Shown here: positions 47,864 to 58,000 of the stretch, in pieces
How the letters are laid out: each line of letters opens with the position of its first letter
Numbering within the stretch: position 1 is the stretch's first letter
From: a bacterium
GTDB taxonomy: Bacteria > Patescibacteriota > Minisyncoccia > Phycocordibacterales > UBA2100
DNA length: 61,890 nt
Direction of reading: 5' to 3'
NCBI GenBank assembly: GCA_030648265.1
Contig: JAUSHX010000040.1
Span: forward strand, 1 to 61,890
The notes under the pieces: model-generated
Databases searched by the model: none
Told to the model about the DNA's origin: nothing
Seen by the model: the letters and a program-made list of their open reading frames with translations, nothing else
Position numbers and translations under genes: made by a program

Positions 47864-48064
47864 ATGTCAAACAACATTCTCACACAGAACGATATACAGT
47901 ACGTAGACTACAAAGACACGGAGTTGCTGAAGCAATTCGTGAGTCCGCACGGAGGTCTCGTAAGCCGGAAGCGTTTAGGGTTAACGGCAAAACAGCAGCG
48001 TTCAGTTGAGGCGGCGGTGAAAGTGGCGCGCTTCATGGGACTTCTTCCGTACGTGCAGAAATAG
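47864..48064 (+). CDS. rpsR: 30S ribosomal protein S18
   Basis: ORF 47813..48064 trimmed to the ATG at 47864 (MSNNILTQNDIQYVDYKDTELLKQFVSPHGGLVSRKRLGLTAKQQR), the canonical bS18 pattern. Confidence 0.9.
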   Translation: MSNNILTQNDIQYVDYKDTELLKQFVSPHGGLVSRKRLGLTAKQQRSVEAAVKVARFMGLLPYVQK

Positions 48065-48135
48065 CTACTAGCCACTAGGGTTTAGCCAATAGGAGAGTCC
48101 TAATTTGTGGATTTCTAGTCACTATTGGCTAGTGG

Positions 48136-48696
48136 CTAGACCCTTTCAACATACTCTCCATTCTCTGTATTGACTCGTATCGTGTCGCCTACCTCAATAA
48201 ACATTGGGACAGTGACCGTCGCTCCGGTTTCCAGGGTGACGACCTTGTTGCCTCCCTGGGCGGTGTTGCCGCGGGTGTTTGGCGGGGCATCAGTGACTTT
48301 CAGGTCCATTTTAATGGGCATGGTGATTTTGTAGGGCTTGTCGTCAAACAGGCGTACCTCAACTTCAGTGCCGATGGTGAGGAATTTTGCGGCATCCCCG
48401 ACCATGTCGCCAGTAAGAGAGAAGCGGTCTGAAGAATTATCAATATCGTGGAAAAACCATTCTCCTTTGCGATTGTAGATGAACTTCGCCTTTTTTGATT
48501 CAATTTCCGCTTCTTCAACTTTGTCTGAAACGTGGAACGTATACTCCGTGGTGGAGCCGGTCTTCAAATTCTTCAGTTTTGTCTGGTTCACCGGCTTTCT
48601 CTGCTGTTTGCGGAAAACCCATGCTGTAAGCACCTCGTACGGTTCACCGTCGAGAAGAATAAGCTTCTTTGGCAGAACTTCATTATATGACAACAT
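48136..48696 (-). CDS. efp: Elongation factor P
   Basis: ORF 48136..48732 with the start preferred at M13 (48696), giving a typical 186-aa length. Contains LILLDGEPYEVL and VKPVNQTKLKNLKTG. Confidence 0.85.
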   Translation of the reverse strand: MLSYNEVLPKKLILLDGEPYEVLTAWVFRKQQRKPVNQTKLKNLKTGSTTEYTFHVSDKVEEAEIESKKAKFIYNRKGEWFFHDIDNSSDRFSLTGDMVGDAAKFLTIGTEVEVRLFDDKPYKITMPIKMDLKVTDAPPNTRGNTAQGGNKVVTLETGATVTVPMFIEVGDTIRVNTENGEYVERV

Positions 48697-48739
48697 TCCG
48701 AGCATTCTATTCAAAATCTCGCCCTTGTCCATCTTTTAG

Positions 48740-49135
48740 CTAACGGTTCAAGATTTTGATGAGTGCATACTTTGCCTTATTGAACGCTCCAAATCCGTGT
48801 TTCTTGAAGAGGTCGGGCGCGCTGGTAAGACTTATAACTTCATATACTCGCTTTTTCTTCGCCGCTTTCAGACAAGATTTAATAAGTTGAGTTCCGATTC
48901 CTCTTCCCTGGAATTTCTTGTTTACCGCGAGACTTCGGATCTCCGCCAATCGCGTGGAATAAATTGCCAACGCACAGCAACCCACAATGTGTTGACTCTC
49001 AATAGCAACCAGAAATTCGCTTGCCTTAGGCAGATGGCTTTGCATCAGTTGCCCCGGATACTCGCCGATGAGCTTAAGGATTGCCGGCATGTCCTTTGAT
49101 GACGCCTTTCTGATCACCATATTCCTCAAGGGCAA
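48740..49135 (-). CDS. GNAT-family N-acetyltransferase
   Basis: 131-aa ORF. VNKKFQGRGIGTQLI is the acetyl-CoA-binding Q/RxxGxG/A motif. Confidence 0.8.
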   Translation of the reverse strand: MPLRNMVIRKASSKDMPAILKLIGEYPGQLMQSHLPKASEFLVAIESQHIVGCCALAIYSTRLAEIRSLAVNKKFQGRGIGTQLIKSCLKAAKKKRVYEVISLTSAPDLFKKHGFGAFNKAKYALIKILNR

Positions 49136-49141
49136 AATCGG

Positions 49142-50248
49142 TTATTCCTCGGTTGCAACAGGCGCGCTCTTATTCGCGACACCGCCATCACTCAATCCTT
49201 TCTGAATGTCTTTCAGGAGTTGTTTTAGGATTGCCTTATTCTCGCGAAGGAATGTGCGCGCGGCGTCGTATCCGCGGCCGAGCTTTGTCTCACCGATGGC
49301 GTATGAGCCACCTGACGATTTTTGTACGAATCCGAACTTTTCGCCGAGTGCGAGTGCCTCTCCCTCTTTTGAGATGCCTTCTCCGTAGAGCATATCAAAT
49401 TCCGTTTGACGGAATGGAGCGGCGACCTTGTTTTTTACAATCTTCACGCGATGCCTGCCGCCCATCGTCTCGTCGCCCTTCTTTATCTGCGCGATACGGC
49501 GTATATCTATGCGCACGGACGTGTAAAACTTAAGCGCCTTGCCGCCAGGCGTTGTTTCCGGATTTCCGAACATCACACCGATTTGCATTCGTATCTGGTT
49601 AATGAAGATAACGATGGTCTTGGTCTTTGAGACGATTGCAGTCAGTTTGCGCAGGGCCTGCGACATGAGGCGCGCCTGTTTGCCGACGTGTTGCGCACCC
49701 ATGTCGCCCTCAATCTCGTCTTTTGGCGTGAGAGCTGCGACCGAGTCAATGACAATGACGTCAATCTTGCCCGAGCGGACGAGTGACTCCACTATCTCAA
49801 GCGCTTGTTCTCCCGTGTCCGGTTGCGAAATGAGGAGTGAGCCGATATCTACCCCGATCTTCCTGGCATATTCAGGGTCGACTGCATGCTCGGCGTCGAT
49901 AAATGCGCAAATGCCGCCTTTTTTCTGCGCTTCGGCGATTACGTGCAATGAGAGCGTCGTTTTGCCTGATGATTCAGGCCCGAATATCTCAATGATGCGC
50001 CCGCGGGGAAGGCCGCCAATTCCTAGCGCCCAGTCGATGCCTATAGAGCCCGTGGGTATCGCGTTGACGTCTACCTTTGGTTGCGCGCCAAGCATCATGA
50101 TTGACTCATCTCCGAATTTCGTCTTGATGTCCGAGATTGCGCGCTCTATGTCTTTGTCGGGAACCCCGGCCTTTCTATCGGCAATATCGGTTGCACTGCG
50201 CAAACCGACTGTCTTTGGGGGTGCTTTTACTTTTTTGGTGAAGGCCAT
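49142..50248 (-). CDS. recA: Recombinase RecA
   Basis: 368-aa ORF with [15 protein letters not shown] (Walker A), IVIDSVAAL and FINQIR. Confidence 0.95.
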   Translation of the reverse strand: MAFTKKVKAPPKTVGLRSATDIADRKAGVPDKDIERAISDIKTKFGDESIMMLGAQPKVDVNAIPTGSIGIDWALGIGGLPRGRIIEIFGPESSGKTTLSLHVIAEAQKKGGICAFIDAEHAVDPEYARKIGVDIGSLLISQPDTGEQALEIVESLVRSGKIDVIVIDSVAALTPKDEIEGDMGAQHVGKQARLMSQALRKLTAIVSKTKTIVIFINQIRMQIGVMFGNPETTPGGKALKFYTSVRIDIRRIAQIKKGDETMGGRHRVKIVKNKVAAPFRQTEFDMLYGEGISKEGEALALGEKFGFVQKSSGGSYAIGETKLGRGYDAARTFLRENKAILKQLLKDIQKGLSDGGVANKSAPVATEE

Positions 50249-50302
50249 AACAGTGGTATGTAGTATATCGTATTTAGTATGCAGTATAGTATAAAATCAT
50301 CG

Positions 50303-50740
50303 TTACTGCGCCACGGTGGATGTGGAGATGGGTAGCGAAGAAGCTGTTGATGTGCTCGTCACCCGGGGGCCGTCTACAGGTGCCGACACTGACTCCGTCG
50401 GCTCATACATCACTTCAATGACACTCTCACGCGTTCTGCCGTATCTGTCTTGCGCGCGGAGCACTATGCGGTTGTAGCCGTCATTGAGAAGATACGGTTC
50501 GCTGAACGCGCCGCCTTCGGTTACGGTCACAGGCCTGCCGTTCATGGTTAGTTGCGCAATGCGAGCCGCCGTTCCGTGAACGGTTATGAATCGGTCGTGC
50601 ACTACGGCGGCCTTATCAGGCACATCAATACTTGGTCCGAATAAAAGACCCCGTGCTTCGTAGTATGCGTAAAGAACCACCAGCACGAAAAACAGTGCGA
50701 GTAGTATTTTTGTTATTCTGCCGTCTCGATAGGGGAGCAT
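50303..50740 (-). CDS. Hypothetical membrane-anchored protein (one N-terminal TM, beta-rich ectodomain)
   Basis: 145-aa ORF with a TM helix (ILLALFFVLVVLYAYY), then ITVHGTA...LTMNGRPV...GYNRIVLRAQD, which looks Ig-like. Confidence 0.5.
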   Translation of the reverse strand: MLPYRDGRITKILLALFFVLVVLYAYYEARGLLFGPSIDVPDKAAVVHDRFITVHGTAARIAQLTMNGRPVTVTEGGAFSEPYLLNDGYNRIVLRAQDRYGRTRESVIEVMYEPTESVSAPVDGPRVTSTSTASSLPISTSTVAQ

Positions 50741-50874
50741 ACCCGCACACTAAGTGTGCCGTAGTTGTTGCCGTGGCAAATCCAGCGACCACTGGAGTTT
50801 TTTGATGGAAGGGAACACTCCTGCAATAAAATGATTTGTATTCATAGAGGCAACGGCATACTTAGTGTGCGGGC
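50741..50874 (-). repeat. Long spacer-filling hairpin between ftsK and the downstream gene
   Basis: Arm 50742-50762 (CCCGCACACTAAGTGTGCCGT) matches the reverse complement of 50853-50873 at 20 of 21 positions. The loop is about 90 nt. On the mRNA strand, the base of the stem ends 1 nt before the ATG at 50740. Confidence 0.7.
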
Positions 50875-50894
50875 ATAGGCCAGAAGTAAAGCAT

Positions 50895-53159
50895 TCACAC
50901 TCGTTCGATATTACCATTTTCATCTGCTTCGGCTTCTTCGCTTGCTTCAGCAACAAGTTCATCTGCATTGCCGGCTCCTATAATTTCCCGCGGCTTCGCG
51001 CCGTCGCCCGCACCTATCACACCCCGCTCCTCAAGCATATCCACGAGCCGTGCCGCGCGCGAATATCCGACACGAAGCTTTCTTTGGAGATATGATGTGG
51101 ACGCTTTACCGGCTTCTATAACCGCTTGCTTTGCCTCCGGATATAAATCGTCCTCGCTCCCGCCGCCGGCTTCGTCCACAGAAGAAAACACGATATCAGT
51201 GTCGTTTCTCGTTTCGGTAAAATCGATCTCGCTCGGAAGCTGTCCCTCGCCGAATTTTGCGACGTATGCGACAACCTTCTTTACCTCTGCCTCCGAAATG
51301 AACGGCGCTTGTATACGGCGCGGTTTTGACATTTCTCCGGAAAGGAAAAGCATGTCGCCGGCACCGAGAAGTTTCTCCGCGCCCCCCATATCAAGAATTG
51401 TGCGTGAGTCAACCTGTGAAGCAACCTGAAGCGCAACGCGGGCGGGGATGTTCGCCTTTATAAGTCCCGTTATGACTTTTACCGACGGACGCTGCGTTGA
51501 AAGAATGAGATGGATTCCTACTGCTCGGCTCATTTGCGCAAGGCGGACGATTCCGCTCTCCAGTTCTCGCGGGTATGAGGACATCATATCCGCAAGCTCA
51601 TCAATTATGACAACGATGTACGGCATTGCTTCCGGCAGGGCTTCACTTTTCTCTCCGGAAGAGGATGACCTAAGAGCGCTTGCAACAACATTTGCGTGGT
51701 ACGAAGAAATATCCCTTACGGCCTCTGCCTCAAGGATGTTGTATCGCCGCTCCATTTCTTTCGAGAGCCACTTGATGGCGAGAATGGCTTTTTTCGCATC
51801 GGTAATGACCGGGGTGAGAAGGTGTGGAATGGAATTGTACGTCGTAAGCTCAACACGTTTCGGATCAATCATTATAAATCGCAAAAGTTCCGGCCCGCAC
51901 CGATACAGAAGCGAGACGACAAAGTTGTGAATGGTGACGGACTTACCCGCTCCCGTGGCCCCGGCTACCAATATGTGAGGCATACGTCCCAGGTCGGCAA
52001 AGTGCGGAGTGCCTGTAATGGACCTTCCAAGAGCAACCAAAAGGGGCTTGTCCGATTGCCCAAAAGCAGTATCAGACAAAAGAGGGGCGAGCCCTAATGT
52101 TGTCCGTGATATGTTCGGGACCTCAATGCCGACCAATGATTTACCCGGAATAGGAGCTTCAATGCGGAGTGGAGAAGCGGCAAGAGCAAGCTCCAGATTG
52201 CTCTGTAGAGCCACGATTTTAGAAAGCCGGACACCCTCGGCAGGTTTCATTGCGTAGCGCGTGACAGTCGGACCAATTGAGGCCTCGTCCATTTCAACGT
52301 GTATGCCGAAGTTCTGAAGTGTTCGCTTAATGATGTTCATATTTGCTTTCACGTCACCAACCTCCGGTTTCCCTTTGTTCTTACTGAGAATAGAAATCGG
52401 AGGCGGAACATACGTGCTTCCCGTTGCGGCAATTATCGGGAATCCGTCCATCATGGAATCGTTTTTCTGCCAGATCTTGCTGATGCCCGATGTCCTCGGC
52501 TTTTCTTTTGTTTCTTCAAGCGCTTCGGCGGCCGGATTGCCCGGTTCCCCAATGCCTCCCGGTTCTGAATCTTCTTGGGGCAATCCAATGACCGAGATTT
52601 CATCCGCACTTACAGTGTCTTCTTTCGTTTTGCGCATCGCAGACAATCGCTCACGGATTGACTGTATGACCACGCCAAGATGAATATCAAATGCAACGAC
52701 GAGCGAAGCGACAATAAATGCAATGAGAAAAAGGGCAGTGGCGGATGTGTCCACTGCCGCGACAATGGGCTGGGAAACCCAGCCGCCGAGTTTGCCCCCG
52801 TTCCCTTGAAATGCAAGGTTTATCAGTCCCAAACCGGAAAGCAAAAAAACAAACATACTTACCATTTGTACGACGCCGAAGTGTCTCTCAAAAGATTGAA
52901 AGATGAGTATCGCAAGAAGAAGCAAAGAAAGCGGCAGGAACAGGTACCCGACGCCGAGAAGCGTTGAAAGATTGCCATAGAGCACATCACCGACTATGCC
53001 GCCTATTCTAAAACGGGCGAGAATGAGGAATATTGAGATGGCAATAAAAAAAATGGCGGACACTCCGCGAAGCGCTTCCGAACTCACGCTTCGTGCGCGC
53101 GCAGGATCCCTATCTTCCTCGGTTTCTTTGCTTTTTTCATTACGATTCTTACGTTTCAT
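50895..53159 (-). CDS. ftsK: DNA translocase FtsK
   Basis: 754-aa ORF with N-terminal TM helices, HILVAGATGAGKS (Walker A), IVVIIDELADM and a C-terminal gamma wHTH (LQRKLRVGYSRAARLVDMLE). Confidence 0.9.
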   Translation of the reverse strand: MKRKNRNEKSKETEEDRDPARARSVSSEALRGVSAIFFIAISIFLILARFRIGGIVGDVLYGNLSTLLGVGYLFLPLSLLLLAILIFQSFERHFGVVQMVSMFVFLLSGLGLINLAFQGNGGKLGGWVSQPIVAAVDTSATALFLIAFIVASLVVAFDIHLGVVIQSIRERLSAMRKTKEDTVSADEISVIGLPQEDSEPGGIGEPGNPAAEALEETKEKPRTSGISKIWQKNDSMMDGFPIIAATGSTYVPPPISILSKNKGKPEVGDVKANMNIIKRTLQNFGIHVEMDEASIGPTVTRYAMKPAEGVRLSKIVALQSNLELALAASPLRIEAPIPGKSLVGIEVPNISRTTLGLAPLLSDTAFGQSDKPLLVALGRSITGTPHFADLGRMPHILVAGATGAGKSVTIHNFVVSLLYRCGPELLRFIMIDPKRVELTTYNSIPHLLTPVITDAKKAILAIKWLSKEMERRYNILEAEAVRDISSYHANVVASALRSSSSGEKSEALPEAMPYIVVIIDELADMMSSYPRELESGIVRLAQMSRAVGIHLILSTQRPSVKVITGLIKANIPARVALQVASQVDSRTILDMGGAEKLLGAGDMLFLSGEMSKPRRIQAPFISEAEVKKVVAYVAKFGEGQLPSEIDFTETRNDTDIVFSSVDEAGGGSEDDLYPEAKQAVIEAGKASTSYLQRKLRVGYSRAARLVDMLEERGVIGAGDGAKPREIIGAGNADELVAEASEEAEADENGNIERV

Positions 53160-53191
53160 GCAGCCATCATACCATGCCAGCTGAACGCTGG

Positions 53192-53285
53192 CCGCAGAAT
53201 ACGCAGAACGAACGCAGAATTACGCAGAAGGAAATGCAATCGCATTCTTTCCGCGTTGTCTGCGTCAAGTCTGCGAAAGTCGGCG
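53192..53285. repeat. Palindromic CGCAGAA-repeat element, intergenic copy
   Basis: Four CGCAGAA-type units on the left arm and four TCTGCG-type units on the right arm surround a central AATGC..GCATT hairpin. By eye, roughly four fifths of positions are identical to 61618-61716 inside the 16S gene. Confidence 0.8.
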
Positions 53286-53389
53286 GGGCATGAAGTGACC
53301 ATTGCATTCATCCATGTCCTATATATAATCATGTATGATTAGTAAGTTAATCTATAACAGACTGATTAAGGACGCGGACTAAACGTATT

Positions 53390-54199
53390 ATGGACGAAAT
53401 AAGAGACACCAGAAGATCCGACTTGCTTTCAAAGTTTCTTGATGGCCATATCGTGCGGACGAGCCCTTTCGGGCGCAATGCCTCCGGCGAGAAATCATAC
53501 CGTCGCGCCGAACGCCTTGTTGCCGCGTTGCACTTGCTTACATCCCATGTTCGGGAAGATGAACCAGTAAGGCGATCTATCCGCGTGACTGCAATCAAAC
53601 TGCTTTCCGATATATTGGCACTGCGGGATGAAATGCGCATTTCAAACTCAAGCAAGATACGCTCCGCACAGTCCACCATCAGGGAGCTCATATCGCTTGT
53701 TAGGATGTTGGGTGTTTCAGGGCTCGTTTCCATTCAAAATGCGGATATCATCGTAGAAGCCATTGACGAGCTTGGGAACTTTCTCCATCTGTCTCAAAGG
53801 ACACAGCTTTCTGAAAGTGTCGTATTTTCACGAGATGACCTGTTGAGCGGGGGACTTCCTGCAGAGAAAAGAACAAACTTGTCGGTAAAGGACAAGGCAC
53901 TCCTTCTGGGCATCAATACGGACAGGGAGGCATCACGTATAACGGACAGCTTACACGTAAAGGACGGTGTAAAGGACACGACCGTACAGATGTCAAGGAC
54001 AGACGATATGATAAGCACCCGTAGCCGGGAAGTACTGGCCATCTTGCATTCTGGTGGAGAAGTTGGAATTCGCGACATATCTTCAAATTTGCCCGAATAC
54101 AGCGAGAAAATGGTTCAACGCGAGCTCGCATCCCTCGTCGCGGCAGGACGCGTGAAAAAGAGCGGTCTTAAGCGCTGGAGCAGGTATTCCATAATCTAG
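53390..54199 (+). CDS. Hypothetical protein with a C-terminal winged-helix DNA-binding domain
   Basis: 269-aa ORF with an N-terminal helical region (KSYRRAERLVAALHLLTSHV). The C-terminal SREVLAILHSGGEVGIRDISSNLPEYSEKMVQRELASLVAAGRVKKSG is wHTH-like. Confidence 0.5.
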   Translation: MDEIRDTRRSDLLSKFLDGHIVRTSPFGRNASGEKSYRRAERLVAALHLLTSHVREDEPVRRSIRVTAIKLLSDILALRDEMRISNSSKIRSAQSTIRELISLVRMLGVSGLVSIQNADIIVEAIDELGNFLHLSQRTQLSESVVFSRDDLLSGGLPAEKRTNLSVKDKALLLGINTDREASRITDSLHVKDGVKDTTVQMSRTDDMISTRSREVLAILHSGGEVGIRDISSNLPEYSEKMVQRELASLVAAGRVKKSGLKRWSRYSII

Positions 54200-54230
54200 C
54201 CATTTTATTACCGTCCACGGAGGGCATTAA

Positions 54231-54282
54231 GTACCCAAGGTGAGACCTTAAAGAGTCACTCTCAAGGTCTCACCTTGGGTAC
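54231..54282 (+). terminator. 19-bp perfect hairpin after the 53390 gene
   Basis: GTACCCAAGGTGAGACCTT, a 14-nt loop, then AAGGTCTCACCTTGGGTAC. No T-run follows, so it may act as a stabiliser or processing site rather than a classical terminator. Confidence 0.45.
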
Positions 54283-55039
54283 ACATGGGGTACTGGGACG
54301 GGAGAACGAATAGATTATATGACATTAAAATCATCATCTGTCATCTGCGATTCTGTTGACTCTGGTGGTTAGATACCATAGTATGGCCATATAACTTGTG
54401 TGCCAAGGAAGAGCCCGACACGAGCTTTTCTGTTGTCATGAGTTATCCCCACAATGGGGTATGGTTGAATGATGCACTGTTCCGGTCCTGATATATAATT
54501 GCGTTGATGCAACTGCAACTTGGGATGCATCACGTAGAAGGAGTGCCACGGTGCGCGCTCTGCGTAGTTCGTTGATAATTTAATAAGGAAAGAAAACTGA
54601 TAATGAACGGGCAGGAATTTTGCTCGCACAAAATCAGATGCCTTCCTCGGACGTGTACGCGCGCAGTCGCATGGACACTAAGAGGAACATATGGTGCGCG
54701 TTAGTTAGTTTGAAAAATCTACGCGTGCGCAAACAAAACAACCGAGTGACAGTACATCGTCCGGATACGATTGCATGACAGACAACCCGAATTACTTCTT
54801 GGTGCTAACTCCACTGTTCGCTCGCGCATGAAAATGCAAGATGTGGCAGGGGCTAGCAAAATTATCGGCGAGCATGACGCACGAAAGAAAAACACAAGAT
54901 TTTTTCTTAAGTTTTTCTTTAAGCGCGAATTGTACGTTGATACAGATTATTAGTTTGTCTTCGGTTATTAGTTATTAGTTAGCATTATAAGGAGACACAC
55001 AACGTGTACGGATTCTTGTCGAAGGAGTTTGTATGCGGT

Positions 55040-55070
55040 CCCTTACCACTTTTCCTAAAAGTGATAAGGG
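55040..55070 (+). promoter_or_regulatory. Hairpin abutting the start codon of the surface-protein gene
   Basis: CCCTTACCACTTTT-CCT-AAAAGTGATAAGGG directly followed by the ATG at 55071, with one C-A mismatch. The left arm is identical to the stem of the 16S expansion at 61246-61259. Confidence 0.6.
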
Positions 55071-58000
55071 ATGAAAAGGTCAATATTAAAACTTATGAGT
55101 AAATCATTAGCAACAAAAAATGTTGCGGGAGTGCTCATTGGCGTTGGTCTGGTATTAGCGTTCTCGTTCTCTTTCGTCACAACGGCGAAGGCGGACGCGC
55201 TCTCTGATCTCCAGGCGCAAGTCAATGCGCTTCTCGCACAAATTGCAGCATTGCAGGGCGCTAGCGCAAGCACGTCCGGCGGCGCATGCTTCACCTTCAC
55301 AACCAGCGCAACAGTTGGAACAAAGGGAGGGGAAGTAATGGAAATTCAGAAATTCCTTAACGGTCACGGGGCACAAGTTGCCGCATCAGGCGCAGGTTCT
55401 CCCGGAAATGAGACGAGCACTTTCGGTCAACTGACCAAGGCGGCAGTCGCAAAGTTCCAGGCGGCAAATGGCGTCTCGCCTACGGCCGGATACTGGGGAC
55501 CTCTCACTCGCGCAAAGGCGAATAGTCTTTGCACAACCGGCGGAACTACGGGCGGCACAACCGGCACAACCGGCACAACCGGTACAACAGGTGGAACTAC
55601 AGGCGGCACAACCGGCGGAACAACTGGAGGCACAGTGACCCCAACGGGTCCTGGCATCACAGTCTCGTCCTCGGCACAGCCGGCAAACTCTCTTGCTCCG
55701 CAAGGCGCATCGCGAGTTCCGTTCACGACATTCGCACTTGCCAACAACACAGGTGCAGAAGTGAGTGTGACGGGTGTTACGGTGCAGCGTTCCGGTCTCG
55801 GAGTGGACGCGAACTTTTCCGGAATCGTCTTGGTTGACGAACAAGGTCTCCAAGTCGGAATCTCAAAGACTCTCAACTCCAACCACCAGGCAACTATCGG
55901 CGACACGTTCACCTTAAGCGCCGGTCAGACAAAGACCTTCACGGTCTCCGGCAACATGGCGGCATCGCTCACGAGTTACGCCGGCCAAATCGTCTCAATC
56001 TCGGTCGTCGGCGTGAACACTTCTGTTCCCGTCAACGGCTCGCTTCCGATTACGGGCGCACAGCAGACGATAAACAGCTCGCTTTCTATCGGTACGGTTA
56101 CACCGGCGATTTCTTCGCTTGACCCGAATTCGGCGCAGACAAAGAACATCGGCGACACGGGGCTCAAGTTCTCCGGCATCCGCCTCACCGCGGGTTCCAA
56201 TGAGGACGTGAAGTTCTTCTCTATCCGGTGGCGCTTAAACGGCACGGTTTCTGCGAACGACCTCGCGAACATCACGACGGTTGTAAGCGGAACCAGCTAT
56301 CCGACGACAGTTTCTTCGGACGGCCGCTACTTCACGGCAGTCTTTGCGGGCGGTATCCTTATCGCGAAGGGTAATTCCATAGATGTAACCATTCAGGGCG
56401 ACATCACCGGTACTAACGCTTCGGCCCGCACGGTACAGTTTGACGTAGACAAGACTGCCGACATCTACTTTGTCGGACAGCTCTATGGCTACGGCGTGGG
56501 TCTCGCGGCCACAACCGTGGGTACTGCGGCCAGTACGGATACATCGCTCATCACGACGGTTACGCCGTGGTTTGACGGTTCCGTATTCACGATTTCCGGC
56601 GCTTCGGTAACGACACTCGCAAAGGCGACTTCAGTTCCGGCGCAAAACGTCGCTGTTAACGTTCCGAACCAGCCTTTGGGCGGTTACGTAACTAACTTCA
56701 CGGGAGAACCGGTCTCGATTCAGTCAACGATATTCTCCGTCGCGACCTCTTCTGGGCAGTCGGGCTACCTCACAAACGTTTCCATCTATGATGAAAACGG
56801 CGTGGTAGTTGCGGGCCCAGTGGACACATCCGGTACTGGAAGTACGCTTACCTTCACGGACACGATTACGTATCCTGTTGGTCTGCACACGTACACGCTC
56901 AAGGGCAAGATTGCTTCCACTTACACAAACGGCGGAACAATCCAGCTCTCAACGGCTCCAGCAACCCAGTGGACGAGCGTTACCGGTCAGTCAACCGGCA
57001 ACACAGTTACGCTTACGACGACTAACTTCACGCTGAACACGATGACCGTGCGTGCGGCTGCGCTCACGATGGGCCTGTCCACGTCGCCATCTGCTCAAAC
57101 GATAGTCGCAGGCGGACAAAGTGTCGTGTTTGCAAACATCCAGCTTGACGCATCACAATCAGGCGAAGATGTGCGCATCAACTCGGTTCCTCTATACGCC
57201 AAACAGGCGTATGTAGCGACAGCTGCTGCGGTTACGAACCTGACAACGTGTCAGATAAGTGACGCTGCAGGAAACGTGCTCAACTACGGTGCAAACGTCA
57301 TCAACGCTCTCACGAACACGGATGCAACAACCTCTCCGACAACCAGCCAAAAGGTATTCTCACTCAACAATTCGTTGACGATTCCGAAAGGCACGGTTGT
57401 GACACTTACACTTAAGTGTAATGTGGGGAGTTCGGCAACTGCGGGTGATGCGTACACGTTTGGCACATACAGCGCGGGTACTGCATTCTCCTTCACCGGC
57501 GTAACATCCGGCAATTCAACTGACACGACTGTCCGTTCTTCAGTCGCGGGTACACAGACGATTGCCAGTGCGGGCACAGTAGCAGTTTCCACCGACTCGT
57601 CCTCTCCGTCCTATGCGCTAAGCGCGGGCGGTACGAATGGCGTGACCATCGGTGTCATCAAGTTCCGTCCGGCAAACGAGGCGGTTAACCTGACAAAAAT
57701 CGGTTTGACCCTCGGTGCATCCGGCGGTAACGGTTCGTACACCGGCGCATCCGGCGCTCAAGACCTCGTCAACGCATACATCTACAACGGCACAACGTTG
57801 GTCGGTACAGCATCCTTCACAGGTAATGCGACTACTGCCACCTCTACGCTGTTGTCTTCTGTATCTTTGCCGAAGGATGTGGACACCAAGCTCACCATCA
57901 AGATTGACCTTGCGGATGTCGGCACTTCACAGCCGGGCACTCCGAATGACCTGGTCGCGATTGATATCTTGAACTTTGAAGGTTCAGGCGCTCAATCCGG

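Noticed and set aside
53192-53285. CGCAGAA repeats as a mini CRISPR array (also at 61618-61716)
   Set aside because: The units are only 7 nt, spaced about 9-11 nt apart and mirrored into one long hairpin. There are no 25-40-nt repeats or spacers and no cas genes.
54369-54629. 86-aa minus-strand ORF in the long non-coding region
   Set aside because: It has no recognisable motif, no obvious promoter or RBS, and an odd composition. I left it uncalled, and it should be checked for conservation (see the finding on 54283-55039).
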